NCBI RefSeq assembly: GCF_032118995.1
Contig: NC_092661.1
Span: 18,237,185 to 18,301,184 of the forward strand
DNA from: Asterias amurensis
Lineage: Eukaryota
Length of the DNA stretch: 64,000 nucleotides
Reading direction: 5' to 3'
Positions 11,235 to 24,346 of the stretch are shown here, piece by piece. The notes beneath the pieces are model-generated. The model worked only from the letters and a program-made list of their open reading frames with translations. It was not told where the DNA came from and ran no database searches. Each line of letters begins with the position of its first letter. Within the stretch, counting starts at the first letter, position 1. A program made the translations under genes and the position numbers.

Positions 11235-13614
11235 AATTAGTCTTAGCTTAAGGCCTAAATTGAAGAACCAAATGAAGGAAGCCAAAAGCAAATCTGAAAA
11301 AAAGTTGAACTGCATATGAACTTTCTATAACAAATGTCAAGAAAAGAGTAAAAAAAATCACTTACCAAAAATATTGATACTAACTTAGATGAAACCAAGA
11401 GCAATTTTGCACACGAGGTAACGTGTTACTAACACTTGCCAGAAGAAAAAACAAATAATGAATTACCTTGACTTTGACACCACAAGAAAAGGAGTTTATT
11501 TGTTTGAAGGGTAGGTTCCTATGGAAATTTAACCCCTACTGTCTGATGCGTATCCTGCACACGGTGGTTTCAGCTTTGTGGGCTGCCAAAATGTTTACAA
11601 GGGATGTGAGGTGAAATTTTGGTGTCAAAATGAGTAAGGATTGGAAACAAAAACCTGTGCTTCAAGTTTTCTCAACAATAGCTACGTTCAGTGTTTGTTG
11701 TTGGTAAATGGTATTCAATTAGAAGCAAATGCTGACCTGTCAATGTTTAACCAAATGAAAGGAATGATGACATTCATGGGTAAATCAGGAGAAACTACAC
11801 ATGAGGCCTAATGCTCAACTAATGAAAAATTACAAATAACGTTTAAAGCCACATAAGATTAGTGCTATCTAGTCTGAAGTTATAATAATATTCTCTTCCA
11901 GAATTTAAAGAAAATACAACAACTTGACGAATCGATATGACATATATAAAACACAAAATTGTTAGACCCATTTTGAAAGGCATCCACAGTTTACTAGTTA
12001 CTATTCTCCATTATTTGTTAATGACTACTTTACGTCCACAAACAAATAAGCAATAAAAGCAATTGCAAAGATCACACCACTTAATCAAAGTCAAAGACAG
12101 TCCAGGAATTAAAAGCAGACAAAGCACCAACAAAAACAACACACCTTTGGACCAATATAGATTCCACTATCAAAGCATTTCAACCAATTAATCAAAACTT
12201 TCATTAATTAGTTGTCAGTAGTGCATAAGTCATCCTTCTTGCTAGTACCCCAAGAAGCATAAATATATTGTCACCCTCTCTGCAGAATGCATGAAGTTAA
12301 AAAAAAGTTGAAAACATCTCATCAAGTCGTTTACCTGTCAAGAGGAGGCCCAGTGCTGTTAGATACTCCACACTCTCACAGATGTCTTCTGTTCCTACCA
12401 CAGACGTATGTCCCCCCTCAGAATCGATGGATCGATTGGCCTGCAATGAGCAATCAGCGACTGTGCCTGTGGTATGCGCAGTTTACTTGCCTCACCCGTC
12501 CAGACAACACCATAGTAAAGTTCAACTCTGCGCTCTCGTAACACACATCCAATGAGCATGAAAAACCAGGCCTTACAGTTACACACGCCTCAGTACCACC
12601 AATTCAATCGCACTATACCAGCAAACCTCGTGTGTGCGTTAGTCAGGCTGAGGTTATGTTACTCTTCAGACTTAGTGGTGAAACTTTACGGGCTCCCTCT
12701 ATCATGCTGATATTAGATAGTCTGTGTACATTAAAGGTGCTCCTCTCCTATAAACAACTCTTAAAAGAAAAGCACCATACCCATTTTCACAAAACAAGTT
12801 CACAACCTTCAGGGTATTAAATGAATACAAAGAGTGAGGTAATGGTGCAATGATTTTGACATGTTTTCTTCACAAAGCTACCAGCAAGCATTGGGGTCAA
12901 CTTGCTACAAACAACTCCTTTAACATACCATTAGAGCCATTTCCTGCAGCAGGGGTTCCATGAACAGAATGTCTGGGGTATGGATTCTAGTTCAATGGAA
13001 TCTAGTACCGTGCACGTTTTGAATGCCATCAAGGTTTTTTTTTTTTTCACCATTAAAATGTAAATGTATCACAAATGTTAAAGACACAATACCAGAGCCA
13101 TTGCATTGTGATTTTTACTGTAAAAAGTTTGTATACAATACTAAAATCTCAATTGAGTGGAGTTTTATTTTTTGCAGTCGTTATGTTTACCGGTACAAAT
13201 GTTTTACAAAATGTAATTAGTCCTCCTTCTTTTCTTTACAGCAGGTTAGAAACAGTTTTTTAACACAGTAACATCAGAATGTTGAAATGAAGTATATAAG
13301 TGAATGCATTATCTAACTTTTATCTTGATCTAAAACATTCACATGAATAATGGCTAAACCTTATCAGAAACCTGTGTTTAATGACCAGTGACTAACAGTA
13401 AGACATACCAACCATATTTTACTGCTGTTTGTTTTGCTGCCCTCTATTGCAGCAATAGAGACAGCTGGATTTAAAACAAATATAACACACCCGACTGCTC
13501 CGTAGTTTATATAGCCTACATAAAATGTGGTGGGTGACAGTTTAGTCCTTGTTAAAATGTACATAAGAAAATAAAGATGACACATTTTGTTTCATGGACA
13601 ATCTGTACTTCTTG

Positions 13615-13983
13615 TTTAAAGACACTTGTCACTATTGATAATTTTCAAAGACCAGTCTTCTTACTTGATGTATCTCATCATATGCATAAAATAACAAGCC
13701 TGTGAAAATTTGAGCTCAATTGGGCGTCAAAGTTGCGAGATAACTATGAAAGAAAAAACGCCCTTGTCACATGAAGTTGTGTGCTTTCAGAGGCTTGATT
13801 TCGAGACCTCAAATTCTAAATCTGAGGTCTCTAAATCAAATTCGTGGATAATTACTTCTGTATCAGAGGGAGCCGTTTCTCACACTGTTTTATACTATCA
13901 TCCATTCCACATTACTCGTTACCAAGTAAGGTTTTATGCTAATAAATATTGTGAGTATTTACCAATAGTGTCCACTGCCTTGA
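13615..13983 (+). mobile_element. MITE family A, full copy.
   Basis: Both TIRs and the internal palindrome are present. About 85-90% identical by eye to the other copies. Confidence 0.85.
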
Positions 13984-15067
13984 ATGTTAAATACCACAAG
14001 AAAGAAACTGTAGCTTCAAATGATAGCCACACAAAGTCATCACCAACATAGTTAAATCACCCTGGCATAATTATGATAACATGCCAGGTAACAAAATGAC
14101 GGAGTGGTTGCTAAGGAACTGTTATTTACAAAATTAAAGGGCTAGGATAACCCATTACTAAGTTTGTTGGTACGATCTTTAGCAGAGATGTTTATCAGAA
14201 TCAGCTAACATCAAGTAATTTCAATTGATTATACTAATTTTGTTTCTGGAAACGACAAAAGTCGGTTGTACTTCAAACAAGAATAAACATGTACATTAAC
14301 AGACCCGGTGTTCATGTATATGAGAGCTTTTCTTCCTGCTACTCCACAAGTACAATTTTTTTAAAGTGAGTCCAAAAATAAAGCAGTTAAAGGCCTACAT
14401 CTAAATATAACACATAGTTCATTCAACTGAGTTTATTTGATGTTGAGGGAAGAAACACTGCACAAAATAGAGGGTGTAATTCACTCTTTGCCATACTCTA
14501 GTTCTTATGATTGAGGCAATATTCATTTACGATACCCGCCCAAATCTAATTTGAGGGACGGAATGCAGGAGTGAGGTCCCTGGGCTTTTGAAGTCCAAGC
14601 CGGCTGGCAAAGGACTAGGGCCATATTCACTGCAGAGAAGAAACAGCTAATGCGTGGATTGCCTCAAGCATTGGCCATTTCATCTTGTATCCCTTAGTTG
14701 TTATCACTCTCTCTTCATAACTCAGTTGACATTTAGTTTTATGGTCCGACTCAACCCTACAAAGGTTAACCACAAGCTTTTATATAATAAAGTAAAGCTA
14801 TTTTTAGGTGTTCTTTGTATATTTTATCCTGGTCATTATTCACTTATTCCTTAAGTGTATCTTTCTCTCAGGTAATCAGTCAACTTTAGCCCCTGTGGAT
14901 ACAAAGGACATTTTTGGAAGTTCTTTTCCAATTACCAACAAGTTATTTTGAAATACTTCTCAGTAGGCTGTGTGTAATCAAGTTGAGCTCTCCAAACTTC
15001 AAATCAACTCGAAATTCCAATTTCAAAAACATATCAAGAACTACGAGTCCCATCCTGAACAATTGAC

Positions 15068-15185
15068 TAGAGCGGAATTTGAACATGTGTCCTCCGGATT
15101 AACATGCTGGCGCTCTACCAACTGAGCTACATTGTATCTAGCCCTAATGTTGGAGGTCTTCCTATTTGGTCAATATCTTTGTTGG
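15068..15185 (-). pseudogene. Family T tRNA-like repeat (best-preserved D-arm: TAGCTCAGTTGGTAGAGCGCC) plus a conserved ~55-bp flank.
   Basis: Minus-strand reading: gtagctcagttggtagagcgccagcatgttaatccggaggacacatgttcaaattccgctcta. The flank ctagccctaatgttggaggtcttcctatttggtcaatatcttt is shared with the copies at 40693 and 63344. Confidence 0.6.
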
Positions 15186-15837
15186 GGTGCTAGTCAAACT
15201 GTAGTGTAACCTCATTTCTAAGGGAAATTAGATCACTAATTGCATACAAATTGGCAATTACACAAGGACCTCCACTTAAGTGCCAATAATACGTTAATTA
15301 TCTTGACTCTTGGAATATAGGGGAACTTTGATCACTTTAGGGCAAAATGAAAATAAAAAAATTGGTCGTCACACCTGAAACACGATATATAATTTTGCTT
15401 CAGCTTATAAACTTTTAGCAGGACTATATAATGGAATGCCACGTAATCCACTTAATTTTAATAGCACAAAACGTGTCATAAAAATACAAAAAACTATATG
15501 CCTGATGGTGTGACAGGGGGCGGGGAACAATTTCAGTGTGATGTGCGTCAATCGCTCGATAGATCACCAATGATTTAAGTAACACCATCATATGACGTAG
15601 GTGGGGTACAGCCTTTCTTTCTTTTCTTAAGCTTATTATAGAGATTCACACCCTAAGTGGGCAAAAATAACGCTAGAGGGTCAAGTGACTGTGAATGCAA
15701 AATAATGGACCATTCACAACAGCCCACTGCCTAGGGTCTGGTGTAGGTTTGTAGCACGATACTTTAATCATAGAGAATATGGTGTGGCATTCCACATTAC
15801 TATTACAGAAGTTACACCAGGTTTTTAATGAACTGAC

Positions 15838-16050
15838 ATGGCACGCCGATTTGTGGAGTCAAATTCTTTACTCCATAAAATGGCTGACCGTATTAGTTCA
15901 CGACGGATAAGGAAAACCATGCATTTTTAAGTCATGCTTGTGTGGATCATTATATTCTACTTTTAAAACATCTTTCTAACCATATGATTTTTATAACAAA
16001 TGGCTTTTCATGGACCAACTCGACGAATCCAAGGCAATGTGTCCCTTTAA
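15838..16050. mobile_element. MITE family B, half copy (right arm only).
   Basis: Matches the right ~210 bp of B-family elements, including the gcaatgtgtccctttaa terminus. Confidence 0.7.
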
Positions 16051-16145
16051 TCTACAATGATTTTGGGTTCAATTCAACCATCAGGGAAACAATTGAGGTG
16101 GGTATGATGGACAAAGCAAGTAACAAGGGGAGAGGGGTATCTTCA

Positions 16146-16160
16146 CCCCCCCCCCCCCCC
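16146..16160. repeat. C15 homopolymer. One of seven or more G/C homopolymer runs of at least 10 nt (217-230 C14; 5760-5770 G11; 44292-44306 C15; 51620-51632 G13; 62124-62134 G11).
   Basis: Direct reading. Confidence 0.95.
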
Positions 16161-16799
16161 TAGTGTGGCCCGTTGGGGAGAATAAGAGTTACCTATTTCT
16201 CTGAGCAAGGCATGGCCGAGTGACTGAGCAAATGTGGCTCCAATGTAAATGTGAACTCGTTTTTCATTGGTTTTCAATCTGTTGTTTATATTTGAACATC
16301 ACTTAAATGGTGCACTCAATGACTGGAATACTCGGCTGAAACACATCATCCACATCCAACACATTGTAACATTCCTGCTTTGTAAGATTACAAATGTATC
16401 CGAGACAAATGTTTTCTGACAAAGCCTAGTATTATTTTGAAGAATAAATTTCTCATAATTATTAAAAGCGGTGTCCAGTAACTGGTAGACAGATATCAAA
16501 CCCTAAAGTGCTTACCACAAATAAAGTTTTAAGCTAAAGTCTTAGAAGTTGTGAAAGTAATGTTGATTGATTGTTGTGACTGAGCGGTTTAGAGTTCTGA
16601 ACTCAAGCTCTGGTGTTTCTACTCAGCAGAGTGTTGGAATGAGTCCCTGTTGTGGCACAAAGCTCAGAAATATATAATATTAATATTATAATATTAATAT
16701 TCTGCTGATGGGTGCCTTATGGTATAAAATAGTCTCTCCAGAAGAGAGATTATCGAACTTTGATTAGCTCTATTTCTGAAATTGTTGTAATATTAATAT

Positions 16800-18502
16800 C
16801 AGGGTTCGACCTTAACGCTGGTCCGCTGGCCAAATGCCAGTAGAAATCGCGGCGGACCAGCTGAAACACCTTGCCAACTGGTCCGGCTGACCAGTCAAAA
16901 ATATCGGCAGCGGTACTACAGAACTATGACTATTATTTAAATATTTTTAGGCTCGAACAAAACATAAAAACATTCACTCAAGGTTTGGATAAAACGTAAA
17001 AAAATCACCCGAAGTGCCGCTGAACGCAGGCAAACTTACACATGTACATGTACACACGGTGTACACACAGCGCAAAATCCCATCATGCAACGTAAATGCT
17101 TGTAGTCTTCGTATTAGTTCACGTGTGCCAAAAAGTGTAAGAAACATTGATCGCTAGAGGGCGTTTCAGAATATTCGATAGCGTGAGAATAGACGCCCTC
17201 TATTGGTGAAAGTACGCGATAGCTTACAAAACTAGCTTCAATCGCCTTGACAAAAGACCACAAAGCAAAACACATTCTGTCAGCAGCAGCATGGTCGTCG
17301 TCGTCAACGGAGCAGATTTCCGTGTGGGGAAAAGAGTCTAGCGTGTTTACGAAAAACGAGCGAGACGGTGAGGCTTCATTGAACAAAAATTACAAAGTTA
17401 GGATACTCTTGATGAGCAAAAAGGAGTATTTAATTGGGATTAGTATGGTTCTTCCGTCCTGATTTTGCTTAATTTTTTTTGTTATTTGGGGCTTGTTTTT
17501 TTTTTTGCGGGCGATCGGTGGGCGATCTAGTTTTGCTCCATGGTTTTATTGGTCAAATATAATGCGCGGTTGCTTCGTTGTTTTTTTTTGCGGGTTCAAA
17601 TTTCAAGAAATACTTGGGTTCTCGAATGCAACACCTCCATGGTTTAACAAAGGCGCAGTTGTTTTTGCTGCTTTTAAATGAATTTTTTCTTCACAAAACA
17701 GACAACGGCACCGACCATTCCGTACACATAATTAAAAAAATACCGTAAAACGCCGTATGCTTCTCCATGGATGTTGCAACTATTTTGATGTCTACTTTTT
17801 GTTGGTTTTTTTCTGGACGAAAGTGGGAAGATTTTGGGAACTTCGGTTATCGGTACGATGTATTGTGTTTATGAATACTTAATATTAAAAGTACAAACAG
17901 GCAATGTTTATACATGATAAAATAACTTAAGCGATCGCACGTAAACCCTCCCCACTGTAGATTTGAAGGCAATACATAAAAAGTTAATATTTTTAACAGT
18001 CGGTTTTAAAGTGTTTTTTTTTGTTAAGTAAAACAATAAAAACAAATTCATACAAATGTTCTTCGTACTTGAGAATACTTCGATGTCCAATGCTTACAAT
18101 AAACCGTAGACTAAAAAATTACCTAAATAAAGATCATGTTAAATTTTCCAATTTGCTCTCACAAATAATTTGACCTGTTTTTAAATTAGTTTTAATAAGA
18201 TTATTATTACTTTTTTTTAAGAAAAAATACTCTCAAATTAGTGAGCCCCCTTACGAACACAATAACTTGGTACACATAAATAAAGTATGGCTTCCAGTGC
18301 AGTTAAGTTGACGTTGCAATTCATGTTGAATTTTGAAATAGCGGCGATTAAAAATCGAGCAGTTGGTATACAACAGTATTTTTTTAGTTAAAAAAACATA
18401 TAAAAAAAATTGACGGACCAGTCAAAAACCTGGCGGACCAGTGAAAAATCAAGCCAACTGGTCCTGCTGGCCAGTTGAAAAAAAAGTTAAGGGCAACCCC
18501 TG
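16800..18502. mobile_element. Non-autonomous hAT-like DNA transposon (~1.7 kb). TIR CAGGGTTCGACCTTAAC / GTTAAGGGCAACCCCTG, with subterminal GGACCAG(T) repeats.
   Basis: Termini are imperfectly inverted (14/17). CAGGG start and multiple subterminal ctggtccg/ggaccag repeats at both ends. AT-rich flanks (possible 8-bp TSD attaatat/aatattat, ambiguous). No transposase ORF. The interior has GC-rich and poly-T segments. Confidence 0.65.
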
Positions 18503-18833
18503 AATATTATATTTAAAAAAATAGTAGATAAAAATATTACATTATGGCAAACCCTTCATGCACTCCACAATACAATAATCTTAGAACTGTTACATACCAC
18601 AATAATTCTTTCTCAGTTTTCTTAAATAGTTTCTTTTTCTTCATCACTGGACAAACTGATTCTCTTTAATCAGTTGGGCCATCTGCTCTGCATCCAAAAA
18701 TATGAGTTGAGTTGTAAACAATGTGACAGCACGAAAGATGGTCACCCCATCAAAATAAACACTGGCATATTTCAGTGATTTCTGTAATATGTTCCCACGG
18801 TCAAAAATTACTTTTCATTTAGCAATTTTTGAT

Positions 18834-19137
18834 TAAAGATGCTATGTCAGATTTTTGGCCGATTTGACCTAAAAATTTTGATTTAAAATTCAATAGGTAC
18901 TTTGATGGGCGTTGAGAAAGTTACAAGCTTTCATTTGAGCCATTGCTTGAAAAAGTCCGCCGAAATAAGGTGCTCAAAATTAGTTTTTGTCGGGATCCCG
19001 ACCATATATCACGTGACCATTTCTTATGTGTTTTATAAGAAACGTTTTAAATTTTTGTTCATGGTTCCTGACCATTGAAAGACTCAAAAAATAAATTTGT
19101 TAATGTTTGGGGCCAAAAATCTGACATAGCATCTTTA
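18834..19137. mobile_element. MITE family E (~300 bp). 28-bp TIR TTAAAGATGCTATGTCAGATTTTTGGCC.
   Basis: Perfect terminal inverted repeats. Single copy in the window. Confidence 0.8.
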
Positions 19138-20340
19138 AGTCTATGTAGAGACTCAAAATACAGTAATCATATTGAACCTTCAACACTATGCTGCATTTTA
19201 AAACTTAAGAACTAAAATTAATAACTTTTCCACAAATTCTTTGATAATGCTTCTGGCTCATTGATCATAAAAATGGCATCATTTTAGAAAACACCAGTAT
19301 ATCATCTGATAACAATGATTGTAATTTGGGGTATGCATAGCAGCAAAAACTCTGGTGTTAATTTTATACTTTTTGATATCTACATGTAATAACACTCACT
19401 CAAAGTTAATTCAACAAAAAGCTTAAATTGATTTATTTCAATGCAAACCCTGGATGGGTGTGTGCCTTTAAAACTAAACTCTCAGTCTTAATAAGATTTT
19501 TTTGCAGATGGTAAGATTTCAAATATTTCAATCAATTATTAGGTCATAATTTTGGGGATAAATACACTCAAATATGCCACTTTGCACTTTGCCAGAAATC
19601 GTTCAATTTACCAGCAAGTTTTGCCAATAAAGTCATGCTAATTTCTCTGATATCTGACAGGCAATACATCAACTCATTTTTCAAGCTGTTACATTTCCCT
19701 GTGGCTGAGCCCAATGCCATCTTTTTACCAATTCGGCCTATATCCCTTTGCTCTTTAGCTTTAAAAACTAACACAATACTACATGGTGCCTTTAAGATTG
19801 AAGTGTGAATGAAAAACTTCACTCATCCCACAAAAGGGAGCAATAACAAATTTAGTAACCCAAGGAATTTAGAAACCAGATAATGAATTGGAATCAAATG
19901 ACAGGATTACGCGTGTAGCATTTGCAGGACATGGGGAGAAATAACCCAGACTCATAACAGATGTTCTTGGCAATGCTCTTTATGTAACCAATGAACTGAT
20001 GTAATTTGATTAGCTATGCAATTACTTCCCAACAAATCAGCCGGAAAATCTTACCTTGGTGGGTTTCTAAGCGTGTCTGTAACTAGAGTACAAGTAGTGA
20101 AGGTTGGAGTAAAAAGAATACACATTTGACAATACATTCTGTTAAAAACAAGGGGTGAAATTAACCAGGGCTTCACGTATACTATTAATGTACCTGTATA
20201 ACCTACTTTTGTCCAGTAAGACTGGTTTTTGGCATTGCTGTTACCTCTGATTAGATTATGCGTAATGTATACAATATTTTTCTTACTGGTTTTCTATAAA
20301 GTTACAGTGGAACAAAAAGCTTGGCGAAGAGTGTTATTCT

Positions 20341-20362
20341 ACATACATACATACATACATAT
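20341..20362. repeat. (ACAT)n microsatellite, ~5.5 units.
   Basis: acatacatacatacatacatat. Confidence 0.9.
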
Positions 20363-20635
20363 AAGGCATTCATAAAGCACCACTACAACAAGAACCCAGC
20401 GCATTAGATTGGGTATAAATACCGTTTGATACACTTCTTATTTTCAACTGTTCATATTTTACCATTAAGTATACCGGTATCAGATAGTTCTTATTAGATA
20501 CATTCCACCGTTAACTTCGTTACTTCTGTTTACTCAAATGTAATGGCCTCAAGGCATGAAGAGCATAACATTGTTCAAATCCATCGCCATCTGAATATGA
20601 TATATAATTACATGAATACTTTAACTTTGAGTGCG

Positions 20636-21007
20636 TTAAAGGAACACGTTGCTATGGATCGGACGAGTTTGTAACCGTTTTTATAAAATGCATATATGGT
20701 TAGAAAGATGTTTTGAAAGTAGAATACAATGATCCATACAAATTTGCTTTAGAGTTGCGTGGTTTTCCTTTTACTGTGCGAACTAACACGCTCTGCCATT
20801 TATGGGAGTCAAAAATTTGACTCCCATAAATGGCCGACCGTGTTAGTCGACGAGGTAAAAGAAAACCGTGTAATTTAGAGGCATGTTTGTGTGGATCATT
20901 GTATTCTACTTTTACATCTTTCTACCCATATGCATTTTATAACAAACAGTTAAAAAACGCTTTTCAAAGACCAACTCGACCGATCCAAGGCAGCGTGTTC
21001 CTTTAAG
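20636..21007. mobile_element. MITE family B. The whole element is a near-perfect ~370-bp palindrome. TIR TTAAAGGAACACGTTGC.
   Basis: Left and right halves are reverse complements (..gaccgtgttagtcgacgaggtaaaag.. / ..cttttactgtgcgaactaacacgctc..). Centred on ggagtcaaaaatttgactcc. Confidence 0.85.
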
Positions 21008-24000
21008 TCTAAGTGTGTTGTATTAAGAAAACTCAACTTAAGTAATCTTACAAACATTTTTGTGACGCTATTGAGTTTACTATTTAGGAAAAAATTTAAA
21101 ACAATCTTTCCTTGCTTTGTTTTTCAAACCATCATTCACTCATTCATTTTTCTTGAAGTATAATTGGATTGTGCAAACATGTTCTTTTGGGAATTGATTG
21201 ATGTATCAACTTTTGCTCGCGTGCCTTCACTTGGCATTCTGAACTCTCAGTCATTAGCGGCCATACCCTTTTATCACAACGCAAATCCATTCTGGGACTC
21301 CTCAGTGTATTGAATTTCACTCGGGTCTAGACGCCAATAATAAAACTGAATTTTCCCCTGATATTTCAAACATCTGTGAATCCAAAGAGACTAGGTTTTT
21401 GTAACTGCTTGAAGGAATTGGTGAATTTATTTGTTGTTAAAGATTATATGACCATTCACTGTCTTGAAGTAAATTTAGACCTAATAGAAGATGTATTAGG
21501 CTTTAATAATATTTTTAAATGGTTTAATTTTTGTCAATGCCTCATCAAACATTTCCAAAATATTTCAAAAAGTGCAGAACATGTCCAGTCACTGATAACC
21601 ATTATAATAAAAATGTTATACTTTTCAGCAGACTCTAAGTTGAACTACCTTTGGTTTAACCACGCCAGTTTTAACTAAATCTTTACAGTACAGTTACGCA
21701 GAATTAGTTATCAGAAATTTTTGGACCTTTCAAAGTATTATTTTTTTTGCTGTTGTTGAGAATACCATATAATTGCAACAATGAAACCCTGTCTGAACAA
21801 AGCAAAGACATCAAACTTTCTCATGAAAAGCATCAGTATTCTCTCTGCAAAAACATGTGATGAGTTCACTGTGAATAGCAACGTCTTTGTTCGATATGAG
21901 CTGAATACAAGATCAAACAATGATGACAGGCTACCAATCTCTTGTAATCCTAATTACATATTAGCCTCAAGAAAAGGACAATTTTGAGAATGAAGTCCAG
22001 TACACTTTGTCCCTCTCTGTACAGGGGAAACACGGTAGATGCATGCTACAAAATGGATTGTCCACGGGCATACTACCAGCTAGTCAACTGACCACAAACA
22101 AAAAAGGACGCTCCAAAGTTGTTCTGGCCCTTAAAAACATCAACTGTTATTCGGTTTTGAGGAAATTGTATAGAGTGGTTAAACAGTTTTGGAGGAGAAT
22201 AAACTGACACAATTTTGTTTAAAGCTTTCAGAATAATAATATTAAGAGTGCTGTATCTACTGGCAAACTTTTGAAGCAGTATGAGACTTGAAGAACAGCA
22301 ATACAAAGAAAACATTATGACTTCAATCCCACAAATCTTCAATATTGGAAACATTCTTCACAATTCTACAGCTGTGAGGACAATAAATTTTGCACTTGAC
22401 TTACTTTTCCCGATTCGGCAGCAATCCTACGTTTCCCACGTCCACCCGATCCCGTCCGGGTTACAGGCAGATGAGCAGGAACTTTCTCAGTTGTAGACAT
22501 TTCTCTCCCCAAACCTCAAAACCAGATTCAAGATACTCTTGCAGTGTCGTTTAAGACTGTCTTGAAGGCAATGTAATCCAGCAGCTGATGTCCTAACAGA
22601 TGATGGCAGCTCAGCCTCTTTTACCACTGAATCCAAAGTTTCTTGTCCATCTAACCAAATTATAAAGAACCCAAATACTGTACCAGCTGGTCCTACTCCT
22701 TCCTCACTCCTCAATCCCAGAACAAATCTGTGTAACAGCAGGACTCACATTTATTGAGAGTGACCTTAATGGAATCAGTTCATGCCCCTCTTTCTCTCCA
22801 AGACACTCAAATCTCCAGAGCCAAATCTCCAGAGCCAAATCTCCGGGTTTTATTTAACAGGCAGGACTGCAAATAGTTCCCTGCTGTGTGATATTTGAGA
22901 CCCTCTTGGTATCACTCCCTTAGCGTTGTGTCCCTCAGTGAGCAAAAACCATACGCTCCCAAAGAAAAACTTGTTTTAATACTTGGTGCGTTCTATGTCA
23001 ATACTCAGTGGCTCATCAAGACAAATAAACTCACTGACTTTGGTACTGACCGTAGCACTTTCTTCTTAAACTATCTCCAACGACATCCTGCTCAATAACA
23101 ACAACCCTGCAACCCTTGTAATACCAATCTTTCCATCCAGGGATGTCCGATCCAATCAAAATCTCCCAGGTCACATTATCTCTCTTTATAATTTCACTTC
23201 TCCAGTTTTTTTATATCATTATTTATTTATTTATAGAGGCTACCCTGGCGGACCAATCAGTGAGTGGAATGTCCTTTTTGGGAAGTGAGCAGAGTTTATG
23301 GGAAAACTTCCTGGCGTCCCTGACATAGTGAATTATTTTGCTCTCATTTTTAGACGACCCTGATTTCTAGGGTTGTAAACAATTTGAATTACCGTCACAT
23401 ATCCCTCCCATACCCTGCTTGCTATACCTGGTCAGTCTGGTAACAGAATACTTCCAGACAAAAATTCTTCCGAACATCAGGACTAGATTGAAGCTAATTA
23501 ATTTCATTTCTGCATCTGATTACATTTGAAGTCCCTCGGATAAAGTGTAAGAGTATGTGATAGTCAGCTGCATGTGTGGCAGGGGTGGGGGGGGGTGACT
23601 TGTTGCATATCTTGTAGACTAAGGAGGAGGTGAAACTGAACAGTAACTCATTCCACTCTCTCAATGTGTGGATTCATTTAATCAAAGAAGAGGTTCACAC
23701 ACTAAGTGATTTCATAAATTTGAAATAGTGAAGATATAACCTTGAAATTTGTATATATAAATGCTGCAAATAATTTTTGTCAAACTTAGTTGTCTTAATC
23801 ATATCAACAGACTGGTTAAAAAAAAGGTGCTCGTAAATGTACTCTTTTTTTCATTACACAGAGTCTACCTAGAACTACTGCAGCGTGATAAAGCTTTCAT
23901 AAGCATCATATAAAAGAGAATCAGGGAGGGTCTTATGAAATAAAAAGGGAGAGGGTTTAGAAGTTTCTTTTTGGCTTTTATGTTATGATCCCATCTATAA

Positions 24001-24320
24001 CTGCCAGCAATGATGTCTTCAAGGTAAGGTCAAATAAAGTGTTAATAAGTAAAACATCAATGTCTGCTTATTTGAAACACTCCTTTACCTTAGCCTTGGA
24101 GTACTTTTCCAGAACTCATTTCTCAAGCATTCCACATTTTCTCCTAATTGTTCAAAAATGTGGAGACATAAGCTACTTGATTTGAATTTGCACTGCTGCA
24201 ACACTCCGCAATTCAATATTGGAGTCCAATGTGGACAATTATTGGATACTTCGTAGCAACGTTTCCAAATTAATTTCTCCCAACTCATTTGTCCAATCAA
24301 GGCAAGGTTGGTGTTAACAT

Positions 24321-24346
24321 TTTTTTTTTTTTTTTTTTTTTTTTTT
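24321..24346. repeat. Poly(T) run of 26.
   Basis: Direct reading. Confidence 0.95.
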
